Assembly (NCBI GenBank): GCA_965204755.1
Contig: OZ242011.1
Coordinates: forward strand, 2,080,001-2,144,000
DNA: 64,000 nt
Direction of reading: 5' to 3'
Source of the DNA: Candidatus Marinacidobacterium sp.
GTDB lineage: Bacteria; Acidobacteriota; Vicinamibacteria; Marinacidobacterales; Marinacidobacteraceae
In this document: positions 62,832-64,000 of the stretch, one piece after another
Layout: the number at the start of each line of letters is the position of its first letter
How positions within the stretch are numbered: the first letter of the stretch is position 1
Notes under the pieces: generated by a model
What the model saw: the letters and a program-made list of their open reading frames with translations, nothing else
Database searches by the model: none
Told to the model about the DNA's origin: nothing
Made by a program: the position numbers and the translations under genes

Positions 62832-62877
62832 CGCGGGGCGCGGCGCGGTTCCGCCGCCGGGGGCGCGGCGGCGGGAA

Positions 62878-64000
62878 TCACTCGGTCTCGAATTCGGAAC
62901 TGTCGAACGAGAGCGTCCGGCCGTTCTCGCTGACGGTACGCGTCACCTGCTCGGAGAAACCTTCCTCCGCCGTCGCTTCGATCTCCAGCGAGACGGTCAC
63001 CTTCGCTCCGGAATGCCCGGCGAGGTGCGCGATCACCGCGTCGGCGATCTTCGCGGCGTCCGGCCCGACGCGCATCGGGTCGAGCGACGCCCGGCCCGAA
63101 TACCGCTTCTTCGACGGCGCCGGCGGGATCGGCGGAACGGGATCCGGATCGGGCTCCGGTTCGTCCGGTTTCGGCACGGGGTCGGGGGTCGGATCCGGCC
63201 GATCCTCCTGCAACTGCCGCCAGGCCCGCTCCGGTTTCACCAGCAGGCCCGGCGCGTCCACCGAAACCGCCGTCGCCTGTCCGGCGCGAAGCCCGAGATA
63301 CCGATCGGCCTCCTCGTCGTAACCGTCGGCGAAGGCGAACGACTCCGGCAGCCAACTCATCAGCCCCAGCCCGTTCCCGATCGTCCGTGCGAGCACCGAA
63401 GGGTCGAGCAACCGCGGCAAGTACAGGTACTGCGCGTAGTCCTCCGCGAGTTGGCGCACTTCCACATGTTGCGCGTTCTCGCGGGTCGGCCCGCGCCAGA
63501 GCGGCACGCGGTCCATCTCCCGGCGCAGCATCGTCGGCCCGTAACCCTTGATGAGCCATTCGTCGCGCAGCGCCCGCGCCGCGGCGCGCTTGACCAGCGA
63601 CTCGGTGGTCCGCAGTTCCACCGCATCCCACCCCGGCGGATCCGCCGGCTCGCGCTGCTGCGGCGCGAGCAGCCACCGCCAGATCTCCGGCAGCCGCGCC
63701 ACCACGGTTTCGTCGGCGTCGCGCTTCCGGGTTTCCGCCTGCTTCGCCTGCTGCGCGTTCAGGTTCAGCGACTCCCGCTCGTCCACGATGGACGACCACG
63801 CGAGAAACGCGCGCGCCGCTTCCTCCAGGTCGGAGAGCCGCGCCTGGTCCGGCGCGAGGAAGAGCAGCGTGTTCCGGTAGGTCCGCGGCGCGTTCCCCCG
63901 ACTCTCCAGGATCGCCCGCGCGTGCTGTTCCGCAGCGCTGTCCCCGCCCCGGCGGTAGGCCGCGTCCGCCGGCAGGACGACCAGCCGGGCATCGCGCAGG
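62878..64000 (-). CDS. DUF499-family ATPase, C-terminal part (5' end outside window)
   Basis: Frame open to window edge: ARLVVL...RGNAPRTYRNTLLFLAPD...LAWSSI; YLYLPRL; VSLEIEA...RTVSENGRTLSF. Confidence 0.85.
   Translation of the reverse strand, partial: LRDARLVVLPADAAYRRGGDSAAEQHARAILESRGNAPRTYRNTLLFLAPDQARLSDLEEAARAFLAWSSIVDERESLNLNAQQAKQAETRKRDADETVVARLPEIWRWLLAPQQREPADPPGWDAVELRTTESLVKRAAARALRDEWLIKGYGPTMLRREMDRVPLWRGPTRENAQHVEVRQLAEDYAQYLYLPRLLDPSVLARTIGNGLGLMSWLPESFAFADGYDEEADRYLGLRAGQATAVSVDAPGLLVKPERAWRQLQEDRPDPTPDPVPKPDEPEPDPDPVPPIPPAPSKKRYSGRASLDPMRVGPDAAKIADAVIAHLAGHSGAKVTVSLEIEATAEEGFSEQVTRTVSENGRTLSFDSSEFETE

Overview
GC-rich bacterial chromosome segment. The gene repertoire (Acidobacteria-type VWA proteins, many lipoprotein amidohydrolases, FN3 surface proteins) suggests an acidobacterium, possibly a host-associated symbiont; this is inference. 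Layout: (1) 1-8.4 kb, a tandem array of at least 3 paralogous ~925-aa FN3-containing, Cys-rich putative lipoproteins with conserved frameworks and hypervariable C-terminal blocks. The two copies whose starts are visible have a poly-C tract just after the ATG; copy 3 (C18) is in frame and copy 2 (C24) is out of frame, consistent with a phase-variable surface-protein repertoire. (2) 8.4-53 kb, mostly housekeeping/metabolic genes (Mog, VWA, dGTPase-WYL, Pcm, FGE, three-subunit Sdh, spermidine-synthase fusion, peptidases/amidohydrolases, ABC transporters, a DUF2946 leader plus His-rich TonB receptor, multicopper oxidase), interrupted by small lower-GC islands (17.8-19.6 kb; HipA-HIRAN at 31.6-33.3 kb; ATPase-DUF4276 at 45.4-47.3 kb). 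(3) 53.4-64 kb, a DUF499 ATPase / SNF2-DUF3883 helicase / DUF1156 DNA methyltransferase defence locus with embedded PIN and nuclease-like cargo; the methyltransferase is split by a (GA)12 repeat, and loss of one unit restores the frame. AGCT and ACGT appear depleted in core genes and reappear in several islands. No rRNA, tRNA, CRISPR array, integrase or transposase was recognised. All family calls are by motif recognition, not database search.
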